Positions 1 through 14,100 of a stretch of DNA of 64,000 nt are shown here, piece after piece. This DNA comes from the human T2T-CHM13v2.0 reference genome, Homo sapiens: NCBI RefSeq assembly GCF_009914755.1, contig NC_060926.1; one strand, given 5' to 3'. The notes below the pieces were generated by a model. That model made no database searches. It was given only the letters and a program-made list of their open reading frames with translations, and was not told where the DNA came from. The position numbers were made by a program, and so were the translations under genes. Each line of letters begins with the position of its first letter. Positions within the stretch are counted from its first letter, which is position 1.

Positions 1-414
1 ACTTCCTCACCAACCCCAGCCTCATCAGCACCCCCGAGATGACCACCCAAGCCTCCTCTCCATCTTCAGATTGAGGACTGCTGGCCCCCCTGCCACCCCA
101 CAGTCTCTCCTCAACAAGGGCTTGCACATAATTATCCTCTTCCAAAACCAAAACTGTCACGGCCCACAAACCTAAATCCTCACTCCACCAAACACGATCC
201 CAATATTCTCACCCTAAGGGCCCCTTCTTCTCCGTCTCAAGTTCTCTGTCTGAATGGCTGAAAAATATCTGACCATTTCTGTAGCAGGTCCTTCTCCCTC
301 CCTCTGCTTGCATTCTCCTTTTCCTCTAGTGGACTCTGGTTGTTCTGCTCTACCTAGATGCCTTCCCCTCCTTCCCGGTGGGAAACGCTTGTCAAAAGGT
401 TTTCGTTGTGCCTG

Positions 415-760
415 TGCTGACCTCAACCCTCACCCCAGGCAAGTGGTGAGCACGTGACCAGGCAGAGCCAATCAGAGGCCTCCCTGGAACCTTTTTATCG
501 ATGCGATGGAAGGATGCTAACATGGTCGATGTGAGTCAGGGGCTGCCAGCTGCTGTCTTCCCGCCATGTGGGTGAGCCTGCCTGAGAACGAAGAGCTCAG
601 AGATGAAGACAGAGGGATAAAGCGTTGTAGTCACTGTCTGGGCCCCTGGTCTTGCTGTTCCTGGAGGCAGGGACGTCTCTGAACTTCCGGGGACTGTGAG
701 CTTTCACTACTTTGGTATGAGTCTATGACTTGTGGTTGACACCCTCCTGACCTAAGGGCT
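415..760. mobile_element. Old ERVL/MaLR-type LTR fragment (family uncertain)
   Basis: Motifs such as 'gagcacgtgacc...agccaatcag' and 'gccatgtgg...gcctgcctgagaa' resemble LTR16/MLT1-like consensus segments; by eye only. Confidence 0.4.
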
Positions 761-809
761 AATCTCAGTCCCCTCCAGGGCTCCCTGGGAGGCCAACTGC
801 GGGGTTTCC

Positions 810-1750
810 AACACTGGCCTTATTTCTTACCAGCTGTGTGGCCTGAGGCGAAACTGTGCCTCAGTTTTCTCAGCTGTCGAGTGGGAGAAAGAACTTTCCA
901 CCTCACAGCGCTGCTGTGAAAATTAAAATGGAATGCCCTAAAAATGCTTCCAAGAGCGCCTGGCACAGAGAAAGTACTCAATAAATCTTAACGATGATTA
1001 CTCTCAGATTCAACCAGCCCGCAGATTTCTCTCCTTTCTTGAAATCCCTGGAGTTCCTCTAAGTGGCCTTCGCTCAGGCAGGAGCTTGTACTTAAGCTCC
1101 TCCGACATGCCAGGCCCCGTGAGCAGAGCTTTACAATGTCAACATCTCATTAATCCTCACACCTCACCCCAACCCTTTGAAGTGGGTACTATTTTTATCC
1201 CCATTTTCCAGATGAGAATAATGAGGTATGGAGAGATTAATAAAACTGCCCAAGGTCACACAGTGGGTAAGGGGTGGAGCCAGGCACAGTCCAGGTCCAC
1301 CCCACTCAGAAGCTCACAGCTCTCCACTCCCTCTCTCACAATCAGCATGTGACTGCTGCAGATCTATATTAACTTTGGGCACGGACTGGCCAGAAAACAA
1401 AGTTTCCAGTCAGTCTCTCTCTCCTGGTCAGGCTTGTCTGCAGTGGGAGCGGGGAAGGAGGGCACTGGAGCATGCTAATCACAGTATTCAATGCCCTGCC
1501 CAATGCAGTGGTCATTCACTCATTCATTCATGCAGCTATTTCCTGAGCACCTACCATGTGCCAAGCACTGTGCTAAGGAACATGCACTATCCTCAATCCT
1601 CAAAACAATCCTATGAAGCAGGTCCTATTGTTATCCCCATTTTATAGAAGACATGGAGGCTTAAAGAGGTTTAATACCTCTCTAGGGTAGCACAGCTAGA
1701 AAGCCCCAGGGCAGGATTATAAATCCAGGTCCGTGTAACTCAGAACCCTT
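810..1750. mobile_element. Cluster of MIR/L2 fragments
   Basis: MIR core motifs ('cctcagttttctc', 'ccccattttccagatgag', 'ccccattttatag'); L2 3'-type 'cattcattca...gagcacctaccatgtgcca'. Confidence 0.65.
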
Positions 1751-2323
1751 CGCAAATGTGGCAGTTCTTGGTCATGAATGAGCATGCTAAACACACATCT
1801 CAGAGCCAGCGCCATGATCGATGTTTGTGCCTCTGGGGTGACCCTGGCCCACAGATAACAGTCCCATGGCTAAATTTCCTATTTGAGCTTAGGAGGAGGT
1901 GCAAATGTGGGTGACAGAAGGCAGCAGAGTATCTTGTGCCCCACCCCCACCCCCTGCCCAATCATCTGCTAGGGTAGGGGTCAGCTAGGGGCCAGGAGAA
2001 AGTGGAGGAGACCTCCTAGACGGAGATGTCTATCTGTCAACTCTTCCCCCTCCTGTCACAACCTCTCTTGGTCATAAGACTGGGGATGGATAAGGAGGAG
2101 GGAGAGGGAGGGGGGTCTTGGTGCCATTTTCCAGTGAGATGGCCATCACCATTCCATTGCCCTGACTTTCAGAAACATTACTTGCACCCAAACTACCAGC
2201 TGTCCATAGAATACCAAAAGCCACTGGTGACAGGCCAGCAGTCCTGCCCTCTGCAAAGCTGATTTATCTGGCTCTAGAGTCACAATAAGACGGCTTGTGG
2301 CTCTCACACCACTCTCGAGGCCA

Positions 2324-2367
2324 TGGCACCACCAGCACTGGCACCACCAGCACTGGCACCACCAGCA
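2324..2367. repeat. 15-bp tandem repeat x3 (TGGCACCACCAGCAC)
   Basis: Directly visible in sequence. Confidence 0.9.
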
Positions 2368-3029
2368 GGAGCACTTATGATCACACCAAACCTGCTGCCA
2401 CTACGGCGGCCACATGGGAGTCTGAGTCAGACTGCTTTGCTCACACTAATGGTTGCCATGACACAGCCCCAAAAGTGAGCGGGGGGGGGATTTATACCTA
2501 AAATAGATGCTGTTAAGGAGCTGAAGTTGTTCTCAGGAGCCAAAATGAGCCAACACAGACTTCCGTAAGGCAGCACCGATTTCCAAGTGCTGCAAGCCAG
2601 GAGAAGCCCTGTCTAGGGGTCACACGTGCTGTGGGTCAGATGGGCTTCCCACGGCCTGGGAGTCAGGGGCACAGGGTGGCACAGAGTCCATGTGAGAATC
2701 AGACACATGGTCCTGGATGGGGTCTGGCAGTGACCAGCATGGGTCTGATTTTATCATCCACAGCGGAAGCGGCCCACGGTCATCTGCATGTTTCTCTACT
2801 TTTCCAACCTTCTCTACAGCATGGTCCACAGCTGCCAGCTCCAGAGCCTCTATCACTTAGTCCCCTGCGCGTGGCCCTGTTTCCCCACCCCACAACTCTA
2901 AAACCTTCTGGGGATGCTGACCTCGTCCTCGGGGGAGAGTGCTCCCACCAGGGACATATTATAATGCTTTCCCTGGGAGAGAAGACACACACACCCACTT
3001 GGCTTTCTCGAACTCCTTACGCCACTGAA

Positions 3030-3441
3030 CTGACAGTGGAAAAAAGGAGTTATGCCACTGTCTGGAGTGATTGATCCTAGTTACCAAGGAGAAAACTGGA
3101 TTGCTGATCAGCCACAGAGCCAAGCAAGACTGTGTCTGGAACCCAGCGAATTCTCTCAGGCACCTCTTAAGAACGTCCATGCCCAAAGGAAGGCTGAATG
3201 GAAAGTTATGGTAACAACAACAAAAGCGGGATAACTAAGGATTCAGGTCCTTTGGGAATGAGGGTTTGGGTTACTCCACCAAGTAAAAGAAGCATGACCT
3301 GCTAAGGCTCTGGCTGAGTGTGGAGGAAACACAGAATGGGATAAGAAGACAATGAAGCCAGGTAGCAAGTGTGAAGTGTAGCCTTGTGAACAAATGCAGA
3401 AACCAGGCCTCTAGTGGTTTTGCACATTTTCTATTAACTTG

Positions 3442-3495
<54 letters not shown>

Positions 3496-3808
3496 TGTGT
3501 TTGCAATATGGTAACCATTTTCTTCTTTTTTTCTCCTTCCCATTCTTTTCTATACAAGTTGTTGACAGTTAGCTTTATAATGTAGTCTTTAGGTAACAGA
3601 ATATTCAGTGAGACTGTGACTGACTTTGAGAAGTTATTGTAGCCAGGGATTGGTAGAATGATGGTTGGGGCTCTCTGGGCAAAAGGGTGAGAATTTCATA
3701 AGAAGGATAACTATCTTGATAGGTAGACATCCAGTTGTTTGTTTTTGTATGGGAGTTCAGATGTTGTAGAAAGGTGCAAATGGAAGCTGTGCAGCCAAAG
3801 GGGTAAAC
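3030..3808 (+). mobile_element. ERVL internal 3' remnant (degenerate dUTPase region, then PPT)
   Basis: Frame at 3052 reads GVIDPSYQGE (dUTPase motif 3, GxIDxDYxGE); 'gggaatgagggtttgggttactccacc' is ERVL-like; PPT-like 'gccaaaggggtaaac' abuts the LTR. Confidence 0.75.
3449..3494. repeat. (TG)~23 microsatellite
   Basis: Directly visible. Confidence 0.97.
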
Positions 3809-4644
3809 TGTGCCAGTTATCAGTTTATTCGCCCATCATTGCCTGTGCTGTGAAGATGGAGCTGGGCCCTTTAACTACTTTTCCTTTGTCAGCTGGCACA
3901 ACTGTGGAGGGCACTGAAGAGGCATTGAAGGAGGAGGTGGGTTTCCTTTCTAGACCCAGTGTGCTCTTGTTGGGTTCCTGCATTGTATACAACTTCTCTA
4001 GCAGCCAGATCTTGCTGCATGGGCGCTTCCCAGCATCAGGGTCTTGCCAGATATGAAGCTTCCCAGCACCCAGCTCCTGTGCTGCTGCAGCTTCTCCAGC
4101 ATGCAGCTTTCCAGTGCCCAGCTCCTGCAGGAGTGCCAGGCTGTTGCAATGCAGACAGCTTCTCCAGCACCTGGCTCCAGCAACACGTCAGTCAGGAGTA
4201 CCCAACAGCCAGGAGCTTCTCCCAGCACTCCCCTGGGAAAACGTAGCAGCGGTGTGCTTCCAGCAAGATACCTCCCACAAACAACTTTCCTTGGGACCCA
4301 AAAAGATGGATTTCCAGTAAATTCCAGAGGGTGGATTTCCAGCAAGTTCTGCCAACATGGCATTACAGAGACGTTGCCATCCAGGGAGCCATCGCCACAC
4401 CCTCTCCATCAAGGTGTGGATCTCAACCCTGCGGGGCCTCTTCCTTGGGCACTCTGTGGCAACCCTAGAGGTAGGGGCTGTTCTCATATCTATTATTTTT
4501 GTATTCTTTGGAGTTATTTTTACTTCTTACTAGCCAATTCCTCATTATTCCAATCCAATTAGAGTTAATAATTCGTTATGTGAAACTTTCCTTGTTCCAA
4601 TCACCATGTGGTTTCTGTCTTCTGAATGGACCCTGACTGATACA
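3809..4644 (+). mobile_element. ERVL-class 3' LTR (~836 bp; subfamily not determined)
   Basis: Begins TGT immediately after the PPT; ends 'ggaccctgactgataca', an ERVL LTR-type terminus (TG...CA). Confidence 0.72.
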
Positions 4645-5981
4645 GTCACCCGTGGCCCCAAAGGGCTTTTTTCCATCCTCATGGCCCTTGAGCTCAATTC
4701 AACATCCTGGCCAGCTAATCACTCCCTGCTTCAAGCACTCACTCAACAGCCATTTCTTGAGTGCCATTGTGGAGCCGGGCCCTGGAGTGAAAGGAGACCC
4801 CTGCTTCTGGAGCTCACCAGCAACTGCCTTCTGTGTGTTCTCTCCCAGCCATGACTCCATCTGGCTCCTTGCTTCTGGGTCTCCAGCCTCAGATTCTGCA
4901 GCTTTGTCTCTGGGGCTGTCCGGGAGTCTTGATCCCACTTCTGCACGGTGGGTGCTCCTCAAAGGTCATGTTCTACCTTCAGCTTCTCTCTAAATGCTCT
5001 TCCTCTAAGACACCTGGGCATAAGTTAACATACGCCTCCTACTGCCAGGGGCTCCAGCTCTATTTATTTTCATCCCAACTGGATGACTTGCAGTCCCTAA
5101 AATCCTACTCTTCCAGAACATGCTTCTTTCAGAGCCGGCTCTATTTTCTGGTTTTTCCCTCTATGTGGAAGTAACATTCCCCTCCCTTCAGCTGCCTAAG
5201 TCCCAAACCCTGGAGAAAACTCAGGTCCCACCTTTCCCCTGGGTCCTCACATCCAGCAGGTACCTGGTCCTTGGGCTTCTCTCGTCCCCCTATTCCCTCC
5301 AGGCCCTTTGTACCTCTTGTGTCTGTGGCACAATAACCTGGTAGATGCCCTGGAGCGGGTCCACCTGCCTCTGGCATCTCTACCTCCCACCCCACCCTAT
5401 CAGCAAGGATTGCCCACACATGGCTCCCTCTATGAAAACCTATGACACCTCATGACAATTTTAAAAAATTGATTGTGAATGTACTAAAACCATCGAACTG
5501 TACACTTATATGGGTGAACTGTATGGAATGTGAATTATATCTTAAAGCTATTATTTTTAAAAATCCGGTGATGCCAAAGATTTGCACACGTGGTAAAATA
5601 TATGCTCTGGCCTGGTCTCACCAGGGCTGGCTACAACGCAGCCTCCGCCCACTGCTCTGGCCGTGCCCCCACCTCTCCCAGCTGCATCATTCCAGGCCCG
5701 GCTGCTGTCCCGGAATGACACCCCTGGCTCCCACCCTCTCCCACAGGGCCCACTCAGCTCCTCTCTCCCAGTCCTTCAACCCAACATCTCTCCTCCCCCA
5801 AAACACCGTCCCCTTCTCCTCGACCACCCACCCAGGGGTCATTGAGTGTTCCATGCGTATATAGATGTGTCTGATTTCTCAAAGAGACGAGGTCAGAGTT
5901 CATGCGTTGTATCTTGCTGCCCGTCCCCCCCGCCCACAGCTTGTCCCCCGCAACCCCGTTCCGGGTGACCCTGGAGGCAGA

Positions 5982-6063
5982 GAGGACTGTGTGAAGTCAC
6001 TCCCAGGCAGCTGCAACATCCCCAGCACAGTGCTGCGGTGCCTAGAGCGACCCCCCACAATCC
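5982..6063 (-). ncRNA. MIR1301: pre-miR-1301 (5p 6049-6031 CGCUCUAGGCACCGCAGCA; 3p 6016-5993 UUGCAGCUGCCUGGGAGUGACUUC), intronic in DNMT3A
   Basis: Mature sequences recognised; arms pair into an 82-nt hairpin; CNNC motif 16-20 nt past the 3p end; same strand as host gene. Confidence 0.96.
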
Positions 6064-7013
6064 CCATTCTAGGGGTCGCTTGGCAGAGCCCCCAAGGCAC
6101 TGCGTCAGTGGAAAGGCTGTTTGCAGGAGCTCCGAGGGCAGAACATACACCTGCTGTGGGTCTGTAGGCTCACCTGCCCCAGATCCCCAAGGTGAAGGGG
6201 TTGGTGAGGGCCTAGGCTATCAGTGAACCACAGGAATCAGGGGGGCTGAGTCCTTGTCTGGCCTGTGACCACCCTCTCCCCACACCGTCCATGGCCACAG
6301 TCCCCCAACCCCACTTCCTAAACCAGCTCCCTCTTGGGTCAAAACCAGGAGGTCCCCCAAAGGGTCTTCAGGGCTTGGGAGCGGCTGTTGGAGCTCGTCC
6401 CCCACCACCCCAACCAATTCAGCAGGAAGGGAGCTCGCTGCTCTCAGATTTCCCACAGGGCCGCCTTTCTCCTCATCGTCTGTCCCAACAAAAACAAACC
6501 ATTTGTGGAGGGGGCCGAGGGAGGGAGAAGAGCCCAGGGTTCCGAGCAGCACATCTCAGAACCATGGGCCCTGCCTCCAGCAGTCCCTGCCTCAAACCCT
6601 GGCTCTGTCACTGAGAGATTCGGGCCTCAGTTTCCCAAGTTGTAAAGCGGGGTGAGAAAGAGTCCCTATTTCATAAGTCTATTTTAAGATAGGAGGGAAT
6701 CTGAGTCAAGTGTTTAACATAGGGCCTGGCACGTGGCAGGTACTCAATAAATGATCATTTAAAAATTATTATGTGCTTGATCAGAAAGAAAGGCAAGCCA
6801 TATGTTCTTAGGAAACCTAGACTCTGGCTTCAGACCACACTTCAGAGTGGCTTGTGCTCACTCCTAGGAACGGCTGCTGTGCCAGGCTCCCCCTCCCAGC
6901 TGATGCCCCTAAGTCTCCAGCCCAGGCCCCGTGCCACTAGAATGGGGAATGTATTTACCAGAGAATGTCTACCTGCCACTGTGGCCTCAGGAGTCTCTCA
7001 CAGTCATGCAGAC

Positions 7014-7015
<2 letters not shown>

Positions 7016-7058
<43 letters not shown>

Positions 7059-7150
7059 ACAGATACAAACACACATAGATGCACACACAGAGATATACCT
7101 AGACAAATGCAGAGATGACCCAGGCGCACAGGTTCACACACGCACACAGC
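7016..7150. repeat. (CA)~19 microsatellite followed by degenerate CA-rich tract
   Basis: Directly visible. Confidence 0.93.
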
Positions 7151-10100
7151 CCCCCTCATGCTGCACACGCTGGGGCACCTGGAGCCAGAGGATGCTGGGC
7201 GGGCCTTCCGACACAGGCACACGCGTTGCACATTTCACCTACTGTATGGGCCAAAGAGGCATTTGGAAACCAGCTTGGGAACCTCATAACCATTCATAAC
7301 ATTGTTCTGAGAGAAAACACAAAACATTGCCCTATAAACAAACATTTGCAATAGAATTCCTCCAAAAGCTTGGAAATGCCTGTACTAGAAAACTAACAGA
7401 GCAAGAAGAGAAAAACCACATAAACTTGGTTTGCCTCTGCAAAATTAATACCAATTACAAAAACATTTATGTGAACTGCTTACCATTTACACCTAATTAC
7501 CATGCAGCACAATTATGCATATCATTAAGGGTATGCCAGATTAATTATGCTGTACATTTCATTTGATTACAACGCCACACCCTGAGTTCATGTATGCCCC
7601 ACTTCCAGGGGGCCAGTCCTGCAGCATGGCTGCTTGCACAGGTCTGCACAAACCAGAGAAACGTGGATTTCCACACTCGGATGGACCGCAGCCCCCACCC
7701 CACCCCCAGCCAGAGACAGCCCGACTCCCACCCGGCCTTCTTGGCAGCATCAACAAGAGCCCCGCTGCGAAGCCATCTTCCCAGCAGATCCTCCAGAATG
7801 CAGAGATGCTTCAAAGGTCTCCCCAGGGGTGTGGCTGCATGTCACAAGGCCACCATACAGCCCAAGGGCCATCATGTACGGCCCTCACAGAGGAAGCGGC
7901 CCTCTCTGCCATCTCCTGAGGTCTGGCTCGGAAAGCAGGGCAGCCTAGCCCATGTCCAGGCCAAGTCCTTCCCAAGCTCATCTCCCAGACCCACCAGGGC
8001 TCTGTGCCCCTATCCCCTGGCACACTGAGCCAGCTACAGGGCAAGGTCCCAGCTGTGGTCCCACTGGGTCCTGCAACATCCCCCCTGTCCCCCATGCCCT
8101 CTGCTCTCCCGGACAGCTCTGCACAGACCCTCCCTCCCCTTATTAAAAAGAAAACAGGAACTGACCCCCAATAACTCCCATTTAGCTCAGTAGATGCTCT
8201 TCAAATACACTGGGTGAACCAGGTTTGCAGGGAATAATTGGGAACAAGAGAGTCAATAGAACATGACGAATGGACCTTCCCAGGAAGGGGGAACTCAAAA
8301 CTTGGAGTTTTGGAGGGAACAGGAGGAAACAGGCTTCTTGGGAGGCAAAGAACCAGAGGAAGTGCAGAAGCGAGGGAGGGAAGGAAAAAATATCCAGGTT
8401 TAGTCCAAGAAGCAATGCTCAAAACAAACAACACCAGCCTGTGAAGTTATGTCCATTTTACAGATGGTAAAACTGAGCCTAAGAAAGGTTGAGTGATCTT
8501 CCAATGACACGCAGCAAGGAGGTGGCAGGGGTGAGGTGAAACCATCATCTGTCCAGTCCCCGGCCTGGTGGCCCCAGCACGATGCCACACTGCTCCTGGC
8601 CTCTATCTAAATTCAATGATGCTGACATGGCTCACGTCATTTTTTGAGAAATTCTTTGGAAATAGCCTTCCACATTATCCTTCACATAACACACATAAGC
8701 CTCCTTTCTATTTTAGAGGAACAGTTTTTGCTTCTTTTCTGTTTGCTTTCCAAAAATGCTGTCCCCAGCTTGTCCCTCCTATCTCTCTCCGCAGACCTGC
8801 CTCTGAATGGAGAGTGACGGAAAGGCTGGACAGCTTGACATCAACTTCCAGCCCACCCAAAGATTCTCAGACGGTGATGATGCTCGCCGCAGGTCCTGGG
8901 TGGAGGGCCAGGGTCTAGGCCTTGCAGCTCATCTTTTGGGGAAATCACTGTGAAGTAGAGGCGCTAACTCATCAGCATTCCCAATGCAAGGGTGCGAGCA
9001 CCTTCCTCAAAATCTTCCTTCAAACATCTGCAGGGGTCGTACCAGTTACAGACTGAAATGCACCTGCCTTTCTCATCCATCGCACAAGGCACCCCGCCTC
9101 CAGGCCTTATGACTCAGGCTCCAGCCTCCTTCTGCAAGCCTGGCCTGGCTCAGCCTCCCCCTGGGGAAATCCCACCCGCCCTCAAGCCCCAGCTACAACC
9201 CAGCTCCATGTGGGAGGCACCTCCTGCTCTCTCCGACTCCCCCCAACCCATGCCCCCTCCATGAAGGGCATCCCCGCCCACACAGTTGGCTGAGCTAGAA
9301 ACCAGACAGCCACCCCAACTCCCCTCATTGCTTTTATCCCGCCTGTTCCTACTGACTGCACTTCCTAAATGTCACACCACGCACACCCTGTCCAGGCCCA
9401 CATTGCTGCCCCGGACTTCTGTGCCAGCCTTCCACCTGGGCTCCCTGCCCCTAAACCCTATTGCCCGAGCTCTCGTCCTCGATGCCCTAGAATGATCCTT
9501 CTCAAATATAAATCCCAAGCCCAACGTCCGTTCATAACATCCCGCCTTCCATGTCCCCCGGCCCAGGCCCCTGGCTTCGTATCCCATCGTTCCCTACACT
9601 GCAGCCACATGGGGCCAGAAAGTGCCGTCGTCCACCTAGCTAACTGCTCCCTCCGCTTCGAGACTCAGCTCAAGCGTCACCTCCTTTAGAAAGCCCTTCC
9701 AGATCTTCTCTCCCCCTGAATCCGACTTCCTTCTCTGAGCCCTGGTAATCCCTGGACATGGTGTGCCAGGGGTCCTTCCGCCCTGCCAGACCCCACCTAA
9801 GCTGCAGGGTCATTGAGATGAGTGTGACCCCCTTCATCTATGCAGCCTGTGTCTGGCACACAGTAGGTCTCTTAGATGAATGGATGAACATCATTTGTGG
9901 ATCTGAGGCAGGGACCTCTGGAAAGAAAACTCAAGTGCTGCCAGGCCTGCCAACTCGGGGGCCAGCATCTCGCCATGCCGTGCCCTGGCTCCCTCTGATT
10001 CCAGGCTGCTGGCAGGGTGTTGACAGAAGAAAACGCAGAGGTGACTGACTGCCCAGCCCCACTGGGCTTCCCAGCTGAGCTTCCAGTACCAGGCAGGGCC

Positions 10101-10345
10101 CTCAGGCCACCACCAGTTGGGCTGGGAACCACCAGCCTGTGCGTGGATGGCAACAAGCACCACATTGTTGCTGGTAATAAAACCATTAGGAGCCCTTGCT
10201 GCGTGCCAGCTGCCAGGCCGGGCTGTGGTCTAGACCCTCCCCTGCCTCCAGGCCGTGGGGCAGAGCCAGAACCCAGCAAAGGCCACTCTCCGCTTAGCTC
10301 CAAAGAGACCAGTGGGCAGGGAGGGAAAGAGGGCCCAGGCCTTGA

Positions 10346-11159
<814 letters not shown>

Positions 11160-14100
11160 TAAGATGAGACTGCTATTCTTATCCCCGATTTACAGATGAA
11201 AAACCTGCAGCTCCAGGTGGTTTGGGGCCAGCAGCAACTGAGCACAAATGGGGCTGAGACAGTCCTCCAGGTCGGCCTGACTCCCGAACGCCTTTTTTGC
11301 CCTGCACATCTGTCCCCTACCAGCCTTGGATTAAACAGCTGGTTTGTAGAGGGGCCAGTTCTGTGCTTGCCTCCAAGTCATAGGTCCTTTTATGTCTGTT
11401 CCTGCCTTATTCCAGGGGCAGGGTCAAAAAAGTGCACAGACCCTTCCCATGTCCTATTGAACAGGGGCAGCCTCGGGGGAAGGGAAGCCCCAAGAGGCAC
11501 CCATGGGTGGGGTGCGGGAGGGTAAGGTGGAAGAGGGTGGTAAGTGCTGTTGCTAAGCAACCAGCCCTGAGCTTCCTGGGGTAGCAAGACGACTGCAGAC
11601 AGAGGAACTTGTATTTGCCCCCACCTCACCTCTCCACCCCATCATCTGGGTGATCACCACCTGCTCAGGGACCCCTAGATCAGAGTTGAACCCACGTGCC
11701 AAGCAAGTTCCTAGACACCCCTTCTACCCCTTCGTGGGGCCTCCTGAAGCCCCACTTTGTCTCCCTTGGGTGTGGCCTCCCAAGAGGCTCTCACTATGCC
11801 AGGGCTGGGTCACCTGAGCTCCATACCCGGGCCGGGCCCCAGTTATACCTCCAGTTCCCCAGGAACCATTTGGGCCACAACAGCCCATCAGACTGATGCT
11901 TTTGGGGGAAGATCCTCAGTGATTTGTTCTCCACTTTGGGTCAGAAATGAGTTTCAAGTCGCCATCCTATAAAGCTAACTTTGTCCCCTGTCCCTGGCGT
12001 GGGCCAGGGTGCATGCAGTCAGCGGCCTATTTTCTGCTCTCACCTAATCCCTACCAGCCTAGGCCTTTGCTCAGAGGCCTTAATATCTGCGATATTTCTC
12101 CCTGCAACCTTTCCGGAAAAGACACGTACCTGAGTAAGCTTACCCCTTGCTGTCAGTCTCTAAACCAGTTTCTTATCCATTATAAAAAAGAGTCCATCCC
12201 TCAGCCTTAGGTGACTTAATTCTTTTTTCTACTTTCTCATCCACAGGCTTTTAAAAAGTGTAGTTTTATTTTTGTTGTTGTCATTAAGAAAGTAACTCAA
12301 GTTCATTTACATTTTTTCAAAGAAAACGAAAGTGTACAAAGTTAAAAAGCAAAAACTTGTTGACAGGTTTGTGTGTATCTTTCCAGAACAACTTTTCCAT
12401 GCATGTGCAAACCTAAACATGTGTATATTTGTATCGATTTTAAAGAATTTCACAAAACTGAGATTACACTATGAACTTTTTTTTTTTAACCACAACACTA
12501 CTGCATGGGGATCTAACACATCAGAACAGACTCGCCTACCACCTTGTTTCAAAGGCTTTTAGGGAATCTAAGTGGATTCCCCTTTACCCATGCATTTATT
12601 TATCACTTCGGGAACCTATACAAGTAATCGTGCAGGCCTTCCAGAAGCCTCTTTCCAAACAGGTTCTGCTCACTGGGGTGCTGGGGAATCCCACTGGCTT
12701 GGCAGGGGCAGGGGCGAACTCGCCTGTGTCTCCCGGGGTCCTCTAGGGAGTGGCGGGGGAGGGACACTCCGAAGGCCTCCTGCCCCCAGACCATGGCCGT
12801 TCCCAAGTATTCCCCAGGACACAGCCCACACTCAACAGCTTAGTGAGATGCAAATCTAACCCACACCCCATAATCTCTAAGCATCTTTTTACCTTTTCAA
12901 GGAAGGATCACTGGAACCCATGACCCAGCTGATCTATCAGATCTCGAACATCTGCACTGAGCCCCCCTCCCCTTTCATTATAGTAAGAAGAGCATTAGAC
13001 TAGGAGTCAGGAGACCCAAGTTCCAGCTCTCCGGTTACTGGCTATAAGAGATGGTCCTCCGTCCCCTCTGTGCACTCAGACGGGGCAGCTAATAACTGGC
13101 TCAGAATTAAAAATGACCTTGACATTTGAAACAGAAGCAGAGAGGAAAGATCAATAGGGATGGTGGTGAGCAGGGCCGTGACCACAGGAAAGAGAAAATA
13201 GGAACCTGGTCATATATCTAAATAAGGCTGGGCAGCCTTTAAGGGTCAGAGAGGACCACAGTAGGACAGGAGTAGGCAACACAGAGCTGCTGCTGAAAAA
13301 AAAAAACAAACCACTCCATACTGGGATTTAGCTAGGAAAGCCCCAGGCGTCTGCACCTCCCTTACCCCCACCTCCACTGCCCACCAAGCACCCTTGCTGT
13401 CCTCCAGACAGGTTGGTGGCCTGTGATGTGATCAGCAAGGGAGATTTGGCCCAGAAGGCCCTGCCCACCAGCTGTTCTTGCAGGGGGCTGCCAGGCACCT
13501 GCACTCATGCCTGGGGGCCTGGGCCGTCTGCAGGGCACCTCCCCTCTGGGTTGGTGGCTCGGTTCTGCCCAGCGTGTGTGTTGGGGGACAGGGTCAGGCT
13601 GCAGAGACAGGAACCTGACGTCTTCACCCCCATTTCCCTGGCACTGGCAGCCCCTTGCAGGAATGTTCTGGATGCTGGGGCGCCTCAGCCTGATGGAGTG
13701 GGCAAGGGGGGACATGGAGACCTCTGGGAGGCCAGAAAAGGGACCCTTCTCCACCTGCCACATCCTCAACCATGACTGCTATCACTCGCTCGCAGACCAG
13801 ACCTGACCCTGGCCTCCCCCTTAATCGTCACAACCCCCTGGGGTCAGTGTAATTTAAACCCTGTTCTGTTGCTCTCCAAGTCTGAGCTCTTAAGCTCTGG
13901 TCTATGGAATAGAAAGAATCAGGATCCGACACCAAATGAGCTCATTTGGCCCCTTCCCCTCCCTCCCTGCTGTCCTCTCTCCACCCCTACCCCCACTGGC
14001 CGCCACGCTGAGGCAGTTCAGAGCGATCCTCCGTGGGCCACAGAGGAGTTCCGGAGTGCAGGGATCTCCTCCCCAAACCAAGGCAGGGCCTCAGCCTGGC

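Noticed and set aside
4044-4562. 172-aa ORF
   Set aside because: Lies within an ERVL LTR rich in CAG/CCAGC; no recognisable domain
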